64,000 bases of DNA from Acidimicrobiia bacterium (GTDB taxonomy: Bacteria; Actinomycetota; Acidimicrobiia; IMCC26256; BP-133), in the NCBI GenBank assembly GCA_044867425.1, contig JBIOUX010000104.1, positions 211 through 64,210 on the forward strand, read 5' to 3'. Positions 26,701 through 34,845 of this stretch are shown here, piece after piece. Position 1 is the stretch's first letter; each line of letters starts with the position of its first letter. The position numbers and the translations under genes were made by a program. The notes under the pieces were generated by a model that worked only from the letters and a program-made list of their open reading frames with translations, was not told the origin of the DNA and searched no databases.

Positions 26701-28013
26701 AGACGTCGCCGCCGGTGTCGACCGTGCGGGTGGGGATCTCGGAGCGCTTCGACCTCGTCGTCCCCGCCGCCGGCGGGCCCCAGCGGATGCCCGGCGACTA
26801 CCTCTACGCCAACGGCCGACCCTCCAAGCTGGCCGAGGGCAGCTGGGGGCTCGTGCGCGTCTACGGGCCGGGCGAAGGGGGGCTCCGGCCGCTGCCCGGC
26901 CACGAGCGGGTTCCGTCCCCGGCGCCGGCGGTCTGCCCGGCGGGAGCGCCGGAGCGGCGCTTCGACGTGGCCGTCGTCGACGCCCCCCTCCCCATGCTCG
27001 AGCGCGGCACCGGGAAGCTGTACGTCCTCGAGCGCGACCTCGCCGCCGTGCGGTCGGGGGACCGGGCCCCCGAGCCCCTCGTCCTCCACATCTCGGTGGG
27101 CGACTGCCTGGTGGTGAAGCTCCGCAACGCCACCGCCGACGGGGCGGTGAGCTACACCTGCGACCTGCTCGCCTCCGATCCCGCCGCCAACGGCGGCCCG
27201 GGGGCGGGGCGCATGCCCGACCAGGCGACCCCCCCGGGTGCCAGTCGCACCTATCGCTTCTACGCCAGCCCCGAGGTGGGCGAGACGGTGGCCGTCACCC
27301 GGGACTGGGGCGACGTCCTGCGCAACCCGGCCCTCGGCCTCTACGGCGCCGTGGTGGTCGGGCCCCGGGGCGCCCGCTACCGCGACCCCGTGACCGGCGA
27401 GGACCTGTCGGCGGCGGCGTCGTGGCGGGCCGACGTGGTGCCCCCCGAGGGGCCCCCGTGGCGGGACTTCACGCTGCTGTTCCACGACTCCGACGACAGC
27501 ATCGGCACCCACCGGATGCCCTACACCAACCACGTCCGGGGCACGACGGGCGTGAACTACCGGCTGGCTCCCGACATCCCAGTGCTCGATGCCGAGGCCG
27601 GGGACCCCGTGCGCCTCCACCTGGTGGCGCCCTTCAGCGAGCAGGCCCAGGTCTTCAGCCTCGACGGCCACCGCTGGCCCGCCGAGCCCGGCCTTCCGGG
27701 CACGCCGCTGCGGTCGTCGCAGGCCATCGCCGGAGGCGAGGCCCTGACGCTGCGGCTCGACGGCGGTGCGGGCGGTCCCGAGCGGCTGGCCGGCACCTAC
27801 CGGTGGGAGGACCATCGCCTGCCCTACGCCGAGGCGGGCCTGTGGGGTCAGCTGCGCGTGCGCCCCGCCGGCGGGGAAGCGGGCCTGCCCGGGCTGCGGC
27901 CGCTGGCGGCGACCCGCTCCCGGCCGCCGGCGGCCATGGCTGTCGCCCTCGCCGTCCTCGTCGCCGCCATCCTCGCCGGGCTCCGGATGGTGATCACCCG
28001 CCGGCGGGCCTGA
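23748..28013 (+). CDS. Giant multicopper-oxidase-like protein (1421 aa) with RR signal and C-terminal TM anchor
   Basis: MCO motifs LHVHGS, FHVHHVHGG, YHCHVAHHYFAGMWGLW, LHVHFVQF and YFHDHV. N-terminus MIRRGGALLTGALLL. C-terminus AVALAVLVAAILAGL. Starts 4 nt after the cupredoxin stop. Confidence 0.8.
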   Translation: MIRRGGALLTGALLLSPVLPAAPVPNPGPTAAAAPAPAAFPPSGGRTGHDVSGHENAEGLKLVAATGESVVAGSACARTAPVRGYDVAAVAVDITLNRFGDHDPAGRMYVLESALAAVRDEERANAAARGDARGGEPAVSAGLQGDAIQPLTLRTRPGECLRIRLRNGLAEEPVSLHVHGSALRVAGGAPAVDGNPAAMAGPGASVTYEWQVPADEAEATHYFHSSGPAERSLAAHGLFGAVVVEPPGALWLDPRDPARPASGWDAIVVDPGGPTFREYALYYHEVGDETYQVQDRTGAFVPLVDPVTHAYRPDGRALNYRSEPFLNRLQLGLAVTGRADESLEYSSYAFGDPPTPILRAYLGDPVKQRVVHAGPEVFHVHHVHGGSVRWRRQPGVEPSGDTPNPGPSALDSGLDKAPPLVPAHSERTDSQTIGPSETFDITDECGAGGCQASVGDFLYHCHVAHHYFAGMWGLWRVYNTLQGGAAATDTMPALAELPDRAGRTRAAVTSAELVPPAGTDLAALVETQLPPPGPRSPTDAATFDWVRDGAVYRNEPETAAVWPNYRSPAPGVRPPLLFEPVTGRLAYPFLRPHLATRPPFAPGHGPAPYLDPVRSGHDPPPPGANGDGSLCPSGTTPVPLPVNAISQPVPLNTAGNIVDRDGQLFVRREQEEAARTDPALQVPLVVRARAGQDCVDVLLRSELSDTGDVPYSKVGLHVHFVQFDVQGSDGVDTGFNYEQTVRPFRAEGTELVAAAPAGATRLRVADAGRYRPGVLVGVGLDRDREFETAEVAGTDGDAMVFTAPLRFPHQPGEVVGTEFVRYRWFPDAQFGTSYFHDHVNALSTWRHGLFGALVAEPPDSTWTDPHTGEPLASGAIADVHAKGPVGVDVAGSFRELVLLTQDDQPLTHVGRATGSSYNLRAEPLAARDGPPARRFSSTDHGDPATPLLEANLGDPLVVRSLVGAANEIHTTHIEGHWFRTEPWSETSPPVSTVRVGISERFDLVVPAAGGPQRMPGDYLYANGRPSKLAEGSWGLVRVYGPGEGGLRPLPGHERVPSPAPAVCPAGAPERRFDVAVVDAPLPMLERGTGKLYVLERDLAAVRSGDRAPEPLVLHISVGDCLVVKLRNATADGAVSYTCDLLASDPAANGGPGAGRMPDQATPPGASRTYRFYASPEVGETVAVTRDWGDVLRNPALGLYGAVVVGPRGARYRDPVTGEDLSAAASWRADVVPPEGPPWRDFTLLFHDSDDSIGTHRMPYTNHVRGTTGVNYRLAPDIPVLDAEAGDPVRLHLVAPFSEQAQVFSLDGHRWPAEPGLPGTPLRSSQAIAGGEALTLRLDGGAGGPERLAGTYRWEDHRLPYAEAGLWGQLRVRPAGGEAGLPGLRPLAATRSRPPAAMAVALAVLVAAILAGLRMVITRRRA

Positions 28014-28032
28014 CCTGGCACGTCGACCCGAT

Positions 28033-29022
28033 TTACGTGAAGGGCTGACCACCGCGAGGCACGGGCAGCGCGCCCGGCAACTCCAGCACGTGCGCCGGAC
28101 TCCGGGGAAGCGCTTGGGCCAGGCTGGGGAGCAACTCTCCGGTCAGATGCCTGAGGAACATGGCCACGGCCACGTCCGGAGCGCCGTCGCCACGGCCCCG
28201 GACATACCCTGCGAAGGCAAGTGCGCCCGGAAGATCGCCGGCCTTTCCTCCGAATCGCCCGTCCGCTGCGCCGCCGGCCCCGCTCCCGTTCTCCAGCACC
28301 TTCAGCACCACCTCATGGGCGTCGACAGGAAGGTCGCCGCCCCGGGCCAGCCGCGACATCATGTCGCACCACTCCCTCGGGGTGCCTCGGCAGCCCACCT
28401 CGGCGCAGCGCCGCTGGGTCGGATCGTCGACCGGCACGTCGTCCCGGGGCGCCCGTTCACCGTGGGCCAAACGCCAGGCCTCGGCGGCGCGCTCGCCGGG
28501 GCTCATGGCCAGCCAGCGATCGGGCGAGCGATGCCACGCTCTGAACTCCCCCAACACGGGCAATATCGGATCCTGCGCACGCAAGCCCACGCGCCGGGCG
28601 AACGAATGGGCGAGCTCGGGTCCCACCCGGTCCAACAGGTAGTCGGCGGAAGCGTTGTCAGAGAAGCTGATCATCGCCTGCGCCACAGCTTGCAAGGGCA
28701 CGACGTCCTCCGCCGCGCGGCGCTGAAGTTGCCCGGTCGATCCCCACCACTCCCGCGCCCGGTCATGCGCTCCACCGTCCGTTCCGGGCCAGTGCCACCG
28801 TGTGATCTGTCGGGCGGGGACCCCTTCCCGAGGGTCAAGTCCTCCTGACGCCACCGCCAAGGCGTAGCCCCCGAGGGTGACGACCTTTCGCACTGAGGCC
28901 AGCGGGTAGAGCCCATCGGCGTCCACCGCGACACGTTCCACTCCCGCTTCGCAGACCCGCGCCCCGAGTTGCGCCCCACTGACGACGGCGCGTTCAAGCA
29001 GGTCGCTGAGGGAATTCGTCAC
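28033..29022 (-). CDS. Serine hydrolase, class A beta-lactamase-like
   Basis: This is the C-terminal third of the chimeric track ORF 28033..30306. GTG 29022 lies 5 nt after AGGAGG. SxxK motif (ASVRK) and SDN motif (FSDNASADY). Confidence 0.6.
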   Translation of the reverse strand: MTNSLSDLLERAVVSGAQLGARVCEAGVERVAVDADGLYPLASVRKVVTLGGYALAVASGGLDPREGVPARQITRWHWPGTDGGAHDRAREWWGSTGQLQRRAAEDVVPLQAVAQAMISFSDNASADYLLDRVGPELAHSFARRVGLRAQDPILPVLGEFRAWHRSPDRWLAMSPGERAAEAWRLAHGERAPRDDVPVDDPTQRRCAEVGCRGTPREWCDMMSRLARGGDLPVDAHEVVLKVLENGSGAGGAADGRFGGKAGDLPGALAFAGYVRGRGDGAPDVAVAMFLRHLTGELLPSLAQALPRSPAHVLELPGALPVPRGGQPFT

Positions 29023-29151
29023 CCGCACCTCCTGGTGCCGCCGGCACCGACAGCGACGGTACCGGAACAGAAGACGCCCGGGCTCCCGTCCCTCGGCGGG
29101 CGGCACTCGACCAAGGTGGTGCGGGACGTCAACGGGAGGCATTCTGGGCAC

Positions 29152-30519
29152 ATGCGGCACGGGCCGAATCCCCCGCATGAGCACGCCGCGGCAAGTCGCT
29201 TCGCACTGGCCCGGACGCTGGTCGAGTCGCGCCGTGACCCGATCGGCACGCTGTCCAGGTTCGCGACGATGCGGGCTGACGTGGTGGCACCTCGGTTCCC
29301 GCTCCCACTGCGCGTCGTGCTCGATGCCGACTTGGCCCGTGAGGTACTGGTGGCGGACGCGGGCAGCTACACCCGCCCGTGGCTGGTGACCTCGACGATG
29401 CGCGACGGCCTGGGCCCCACGCTCTTCACCTCGACCGGCGACGAGGCCATGGCCAGGCGCAGGCTCTATGCCCCGGTGTTCGCCCACGCCCACTCCGACC
29501 ATCTGGCTGGGGTCATGAGCTCGACGATCATCGACGAACTCGCCGGCTGGAAGGCAGGCCCGGTCCCCGACCTGCAGGCTCCGCTCACCGATCTCACGTT
29601 GCGCGTGGCGGCTCGTGCCCTGCTCGGGGTCGACGTCGTGGCGGATGACCTGGGACACGACCTCCGCTCGAACTTCAACACCGTCATCGCCTGGATCAAC
29701 CGCAGGTTCAATCACCTGATTGCGCCCCCAGCCGTCGTACCCACTCCGAAGAACCGCGCCATGCTTCGGGCACGCTCCAACCTGCAGACGATCCTCCGCG
29801 GCGTGATCTCCGAGCGACGCGTCGCCGGGACGCCTTCGATGGACGTGTTGCAGCTCCTCCTGGACCACCAGGCCACCCACGGGAGCCCGTCCGACGACCA
29901 GATTGTCAGCGAGTGCGTTGGGTTCCTCTTCGCCGGCCACGAGACGACGGCCTCGACGCTGGCGTGGGCGCTGTACTCCATGGCGGTTGCACCGGAGATC
30001 CAGGAGCGCGTGGCCGCCGAGGGCGACGGACTCGCCGAGGGTCGACCGTCGATCCCCGACGTCGACGCGCTGCACGACACCGGACTGGTGGTCGAGGAGA
30101 CCCTCCGCCTCTACCCGGCCGGCGTCGGCATCGCCCGCGTGTGCCGGCGCCCGACCACGCTGGCGGGACAGCGGGTCCGCCGTGGCACGGTCGTCGTCAT
30201 CCCCGTCTACTCGATTCAGCGCGATCCACGGCGGTGGTCCGCTCCCGACACGTTCGACCCGGATCGATTCCGGGCCACAACCGCTGAGCCGGGACGTCAT
30301 GGGCATCTCCCCTTCGGCTGGGGACCACGTGCCTGTCTCGGCGCCCGCTTCGCGACGATGGAAGCTCGCCTGGCGTTGGCCATGATCACGTCCCGATGGA
30401 CCGTCACCTACCGCGGCAAGGAGCCACCCACGCCAGGCATCTCACCTGCGCTCCGCATCGCCAGCGGCCTTCCAGTCCAGCTCGAGGTTCGCCGCCGCAC
30501 GGCAGACACCCGGGCCTGA
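29152..30519 (+). CDS. Cytochrome P450
   Basis: FLFAGHETTAS, ETLRLYP, and heme-binding loop FGWGPRACLGARFA. The start was trimmed to ATG 29152. Confidence 0.9.
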   Translation: MRHGPNPPHEHAAASRFALARTLVESRRDPIGTLSRFATMRADVVAPRFPLPLRVVLDADLAREVLVADAGSYTRPWLVTSTMRDGLGPTLFTSTGDEAMARRRLYAPVFAHAHSDHLAGVMSSTIIDELAGWKAGPVPDLQAPLTDLTLRVAARALLGVDVVADDLGHDLRSNFNTVIAWINRRFNHLIAPPAVVPTPKNRAMLRARSNLQTILRGVISERRVAGTPSMDVLQLLLDHQATHGSPSDDQIVSECVGFLFAGHETTASTLAWALYSMAVAPEIQERVAAEGDGLAEGRPSIPDVDALHDTGLVVEETLRLYPAGVGIARVCRRPTTLAGQRVRRGTVVVIPVYSIQRDPRRWSAPDTFDPDRFRATTAEPGRHGHLPFGWGPRACLGARFATMEARLALAMITSRWTVTYRGKEPPTPGISPALRIASGLPVQLEVRRRTADTRA

Positions 30520-30583
30520 CAACGTGGCCGTCGAGGGGACGAGGCCGGCGGTGGCAAGGTGGCCTGCCGGGTAATAAGGCGGT

Positions 30584-31318
30584 ATGGCCACGACCACCAG
30601 GCGCCGGTCCGACCCGGCGACCCATCGCCCAACCGGCAAGCTCGCGGCATACCAGGCCAAGCGCGATTTCCGCCGCACCCCGGAGCCGTCGGGCCGCAGC
30701 CGGAGCCGGGCCCCGAAGGGCGGCCGCCGCTTCGTGGTGCAGCGCCACCGGGCCCGCCGCCTCCATTACGACCTGCGCCTGGAGATCGGCGGCGTGCTGG
30801 TGAGCTGGGCCATCCCCAAGGGGCCGACGCTGGATCCCCGGGCCCGCCGGTTGGCGGTGCACGTCGAGGACCATCCCCTGGACTACTTCGACTTCGAGGG
30901 GATCATCCCCGAGGGCTACGGCAAAGGCGACGTCATCGTGTGGGACTGGGGGACGTGGAAACCGGCGGACGGCCAGGATCCGGAGGAGGCGCTCAAGGCC
31001 GGGGAGCTCCACTTCGATCTGCACGGCCAGAAGCTGCGGGGTCGGTTCGTGCTCGTCCGGACCAAGACGGGCGGCGACAAGGAGCAGTGGTTGCTCCTGC
31101 ACAAGAACGACGACGCCGCCGTGCCGGGCTGGGATCCGGAGGAACAGCCGGAGTCGGTGAAGACGGGGCGCACCAACGACGACGTGGCCGCGGCGACGGC
31201 GAAGGGAAAAGCGAAGAGCGGCCCTCGCCGGAAGACGGCCCGGCGCCGGCGGCAGGCACCGAACCGGTGGGAGCCGCCCACCGAACTCATCCCGCCGGGA
31301 CGAAACGGCAGGGTGTGA
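30584..31318 (+). CDS. Stand-alone LigD-type 3-prime-phosphoesterase domain protein
   Basis: YQAKRDFRRTPEP...FVVQRHRARRLHYDLRLE...WAIPKGP...HPLDYFDFEG...GDVIVWD. Confidence 0.85.
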   Translation: MATTTRRRSDPATHRPTGKLAAYQAKRDFRRTPEPSGRSRSRAPKGGRRFVVQRHRARRLHYDLRLEIGGVLVSWAIPKGPTLDPRARRLAVHVEDHPLDYFDFEGIIPEGYGKGDVIVWDWGTWKPADGQDPEEALKAGELHFDLHGQKLRGRFVLVRTKTGGDKEQWLLLHKNDDAAVPGWDPEEQPESVKTGRTNDDVAAATAKGKAKSGPRRKTARRRRQAPNRWEPPTELIPPGRNGRV

Positions 31319-31328
31319 GTCTCACGCG

Positions 31329-32021
31329 TCAGAAGTCGACGTAAGAGTCGAACGGCCGCCTGTCGGGCACCGACCCGGTGCGGAGGACGGCCCACTGGTG
31401 CAGCGCGTCCGGTGCCGACACCTCCTCGAGCGCCCAGCCGAGGTTCTTCACGAAGAACGACGCGGCCCGCCCGACGGCGGGCAGCTGGTAGTCGTCGAGG
31501 AACACGATCCCTCCGGCACGCAGCAGGCGACCGAGGTAGACGAGATCGAGGAAGACGCCGTCGAAGCGGTGGTTGCCGTCGACGTACGCCAGGTCGAAGC
31601 TCCGACCTTCGATGACGAACCTCGGCAGTGCGAGCTGCGACTCCTCGGCGTGGTACTCGACCAGCTCAGTGAGTCCGGCCTCCTCGAGGAACTGCAGACC
31701 GCAGTTGGCAAACCTCGTTGCCTGATGCGGGTCCACGACGACGTGGCGCGCCGCGGGATCGCCGTTGGTAAGCAGACCTTCGCACATGAACAGCGCGGAG
31801 ATGCCATAGCCCAGACCGATCTCGATCGTCTGGACGGCGTCTTCTCGCGTCACCCAGTCCCCCACCGTCTCTCCCTCGGCGGCGCCCACGGCGACCGGGA
31901 ACAGGGTGTGGGTGCTCCCGTCAGAACGCGCCACGGCCGAACCGTCTCGGACCAGCCGCTCGATCACCTGGCGTACCCGTCGGGGCGTTGGCCGTCGACC
32001 GGGAGCGTGGGGGGCCTCCAA
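31329..32021 (-). CDS. Class I SAM-dependent methyltransferase
   Basis: IEIGLGYGISALFM is motif I-like, and GGIVFLDDY follows. Confidence 0.7.
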   Translation of the reverse strand: MEAPHAPGRRPTPRRVRQVIERLVRDGSAVARSDGSTHTLFPVAVGAAEGETVGDWVTREDAVQTIEIGLGYGISALFMCEGLLTNGDPAARHVVVDPHQATRFANCGLQFLEEAGLTELVEYHAEESQLALPRFVIEGRSFDLAYVDGNHRFDGVFLDLVYLGRLLRAGGIVFLDDYQLPAVGRAASFFVKNLGWALEEVSAPDALHQWAVLRTGSVPDRRPFDSYVDF

Positions 32022-32024
32022 TGC

Positions 32025-33935
32025 TCAGTGTCTCGAGTTGAGGGGCGCGATGGTCCGGCTGAGCAGGTCGGGCTGGCCGGGATCGCGCCGGAGGTGCGGA
32101 TACCGCTCGCCGCCGTGGTAATCGAGGGCGTGGTTGCGCAGGGTGCCCTCATCGTTGACGAGGAGCTGAATCGGCCCCGGGCGGGTCTTCGCCCCGCTCA
32201 GGGAGTCATGCAGCGCGTCGAGCGAGAACGCCTTGCCGTCGACGGAGACGACGGTGGCGCCGGGCCCGAGTCCGGCGTCCGCCGCCGGCGTCCCGGGAAT
32301 GACGTCGGTGACGACACCGTCGGTGCCCAGCCGCAGACCGAGGGAGTAGCCCATCTCGATCTGCTCGCGGGCCGACTGCAGGTCAGCGAGGCGCTGTCCC
32401 GGCTCGTCGTCGTAGGCGAGCCGCCAGCCGGATCGTTCGATCCCGCCGAGGGGGGCGTGGAAGTCGGTCGACCAGAGGCGCTGGTCGAAGAACGTGCGCC
32501 AGTCGTAGGACACAACCTCGTCGAGGGTCGACACGACGTCCTCAAAGGTATACGTCTCGAGCGACGGCGGGCCCGTCTGCCCTCCATGGAAGCGGCGGCA
32601 GAAGTCGTCGAGGGCACGTTCTCCGGACGTGAGCTGACGGATGAGCGTGTCCACTTCGAGCCAGATGAGCCAGCCCTCGTTGTAGAAATCGGTTCCCCGC
32701 CGCTCGGCGCTCCACTCCGGCGGGGCCCGGTAGAGGATCTGGGCGGCGACGGCCGTGTCGATCAACGGACGCCAGCCGCGACCGGGGATGTGGTCGAGCC
32801 TGGCCGCGGCTGAGGCCAGGGCATCGGCATACTGCTCTTGCGTCCACAGCCCGCTGCGGGCCGCCAGCACGTTGCCGTAGTACTGCGTCAGCCCCTCGTA
32901 GACCCACAGCAGCTCGCCCTGCATCGGAGACTGGAAGTCGGACGTGGCCAGCCCGGCGGGGCGGCGGTACTTGCCGTTCCAGGAGTGGACGTACTCGTGC
33001 GGCAGCAGACCGAGGGCCAGGCGCCCCTGCGTCTCGTCCACCAGCGCCCGCTCCGCCACACGGTTGTCGCTCGACTGGTGGTGTTCGAGCCCCCCGGGCG
33101 CCACCCCGTCGCTCAGCGTCAGGAGGAAGGTGTAGTGCTCGAAGTGCTCGGCGTCGAAGAGCGCCCTGGCCTCGTCGACGAGGTTGCGCATGTCCTCGGC
33201 GAAAGCGGGACTCGCTTCCAGGGCGGCGGGGCTGTCGGCGGCCATGGCGATCCTCACCGCCGGCTTCGCCGTCGAGAGCGGGACGGACCGGAAGTACTCC
33301 CCGGCCAGCACCGGTGAATCCACCAGGGTCGTCAAGCTGGCCGGTTGGAAGTCCACCTCGCCCTCCGACTCCCGCTCCACCGCCAGCCCCGTACCGAATT
33401 TCCAGCCCGGCGGCAGCCGCAGGGAGGCGTCGAACACGAGGTCGTCGGTGTGTCCCACCGCCGGGTAGAGGAGTACCCGGTTCCAGACCAGGAGGGCCAG
33501 GTGCGACGTCGTCGACGCGCCGGCGGCGAACGGACCCTCCGAGGTCGGGGCCAGGAACTCGAGGTCCACCTCCACCGCGGTCGCCCCCGGCGGCACGTCC
33601 AGGTGGAAGGCGTACATGTCGATGGGATCACGCCGCCACCGGAGCGTTTCCCCGCCGGCCCGGAACTTCAGTCCCGCCAAGTTGACGATCGGCCCCGTCG
33701 GGCCGTGCTCACCGGGAATCCACTTCGGGTAGTAGAGCGTGAGGGGGCCGGGACCGGCCGGTATCACCTCGTGGGCGCGGACGAGCCGGCGCGGCGCCTC
33801 GGTGGCGTCGACCGTGAGCGTGACCGTCGCCGCCGCGTGGGCGACGCCCGTCCGGCTGAGTCCTCCGGCGCCGGGTCCCGGCAGCGAGACGAGGATCCAG
33901 AGCGCGGACAACAGCAGGGCAGCTCTTCGCTTCAT
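32025..33935 (-). CDS. Secreted M61 glycyl-aminopeptidase-like metalloprotease with PDZ domain
   Basis: HEYVHSW (HExxH). PDZ-like GLRLGTDGVVTDVIPGTPAADAGLGPGATVVSVDG. The start was trimmed to MKRRAALLLSALWIL (ATG 33935, GGAGG upstream). Confidence 0.85.
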   Translation of the reverse strand: MKRRAALLLSALWILVSLPGPGAGGLSRTGVAHAAATVTLTVDATEAPRRLVRAHEVIPAGPGPLTLYYPKWIPGEHGPTGPIVNLAGLKFRAGGETLRWRRDPIDMYAFHLDVPPGATAVEVDLEFLAPTSEGPFAAGASTTSHLALLVWNRVLLYPAVGHTDDLVFDASLRLPPGWKFGTGLAVERESEGEVDFQPASLTTLVDSPVLAGEYFRSVPLSTAKPAVRIAMAADSPAALEASPAFAEDMRNLVDEARALFDAEHFEHYTFLLTLSDGVAPGGLEHHQSSDNRVAERALVDETQGRLALGLLPHEYVHSWNGKYRRPAGLATSDFQSPMQGELLWVYEGLTQYYGNVLAARSGLWTQEQYADALASAAARLDHIPGRGWRPLIDTAVAAQILYRAPPEWSAERRGTDFYNEGWLIWLEVDTLIRQLTSGERALDDFCRRFHGGQTGPPSLETYTFEDVVSTLDEVVSYDWRTFFDQRLWSTDFHAPLGGIERSGWRLAYDDEPGQRLADLQSAREQIEMGYSLGLRLGTDGVVTDVIPGTPAADAGLGPGATVVSVDGKAFSLDALHDSLSGAKTRPGPIQLLVNDEGTLRNHALDYHGGERYPHLRRDPGQPDLLSRTIAPLNSRH

Positions 33936-33990
33936 GGCACCTCCGGGTCCCGCCTTTGACCCGAGGGTCGCGCCTCGTTGACCGCCGGTC

Positions 33991-34010
33991 ATGAGTGGTC
34001 CGGCACTCAT
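33991..34010. promoter_or_regulatory. Palindrome copy 3: ATGAGTG-GTCCGG-CACTCAT
   Basis: Sits in the 94-bp divergent region between the M61 peptidase (minus) and the nucleoside hydrolase pseudogene (plus). The flanks GTC...TTT match copy 2. Confidence 0.5.
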
Positions 34011-34029
34011 TTGCGGGGTGTGATAGGAG

Positions 34030-34845
34030 GTGGGCATGGCCCCGCTGGCCGTGCTCATGGATCACGACGGCGGGGTCGACGACTACCTCGCCACGGTCCT
34101 GCTCATGACCATGGAGCACGTCGATCCGCTGGCTGTGGTCGTCACCCCGGCGGACTGCTACCCGAGGGCTGCGGTCAGCGCCACCCGCAAGATCCTGGAT
34201 CTGATGGAGCGCTGGACGGTCCCGGTGGGCGAGAGCACGGTCCGCGGCGTCAACCCCTTTCCCCGCCTCTTTCGCCGCGACTCGTTCACGGTCGACGCGC
34301 TGCCGATCCTGAACGACCGGGAGACGGTCCGGGCCCCCGTGGTACCGGAGCCTGGTCAGGAGTTCATGGCTCGTCTGGATGGGCGGCGCGCTGGAAGTCG
34401 CCGGCAACATCGACCCCATCCTCGAGGGCGGACAGGACATGACCGCCGAGTGGAACGCCTACTGGGATCCGTTCGCGGTGGCTCGCGTGTGGAGGACGAG
34501 CATCCCGGTCACCATCTGCCCGTTGGATCTGACCAACCAGGTGCCGGTGACGCCTGAGTTTCTCCGGCGCCTGAGCCGGGGACGTCAGTACCCTCTCTAC
34601 GATTTCGCCGGCCAGTGTTACGCCCTGGTCACCCACCAGTCGTACTTCTTCTGGGACGTGCTCACGACCGCCTACCTGGGTCGCCCCGACCTCTTCGAAC
34701 GGCGATCCCGGGAAACGTGGTCATCACGGAGGGCGCCAGCCAGGGACGCATCAAGATCGAGGCCGGGGGACGGACGATCCACGCCCTGAACCAGGTGGAC
34801 ACCGAGCAGTTCTACGAGTACGTCCTGCAACAATGGGCACGGTGA
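34030..34845 (+). pseudogene. Inosine-uridine-type nucleoside hydrolase, disrupted (internal deletion plus frameshift)
   Basis: Homology is split over three track ORFs: 34030 (VLMDHDGGVDDYLA, the DxDxxxDD motif), 34379 (MGGALEVAGN...AEWNAYWDPFA...CPLDLTN) and 34615 (VVITEGASQGRIKIE...). The junction near 34375 lacks the expected GPLTN segment. The second frame shift lies near 34695. Confidence 0.7.

Noticed and set aside
23730-28052. 1440-aa minus-strand ORF and 1274-aa plus-strand ORF (24224..28048), which overlap the multicopper oxidase gene
   Set aside because: The translations are Arg/Pro/Gly-rich with no motifs. They are shadow frames typical of high-GC DNA. Only the frame starting at 23748 carries copper-binding motifs, a signal peptide and a TM anchor.
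28033-30306. 757-aa minus-strand ORF treated as a single gene
   Set aside because: Only the last 329 codons (28033-29022) have hydrolase motifs and an AGGAGG-GTG start. The upstream 430 codons are the antisense shadow of the cytochrome P450 gene.
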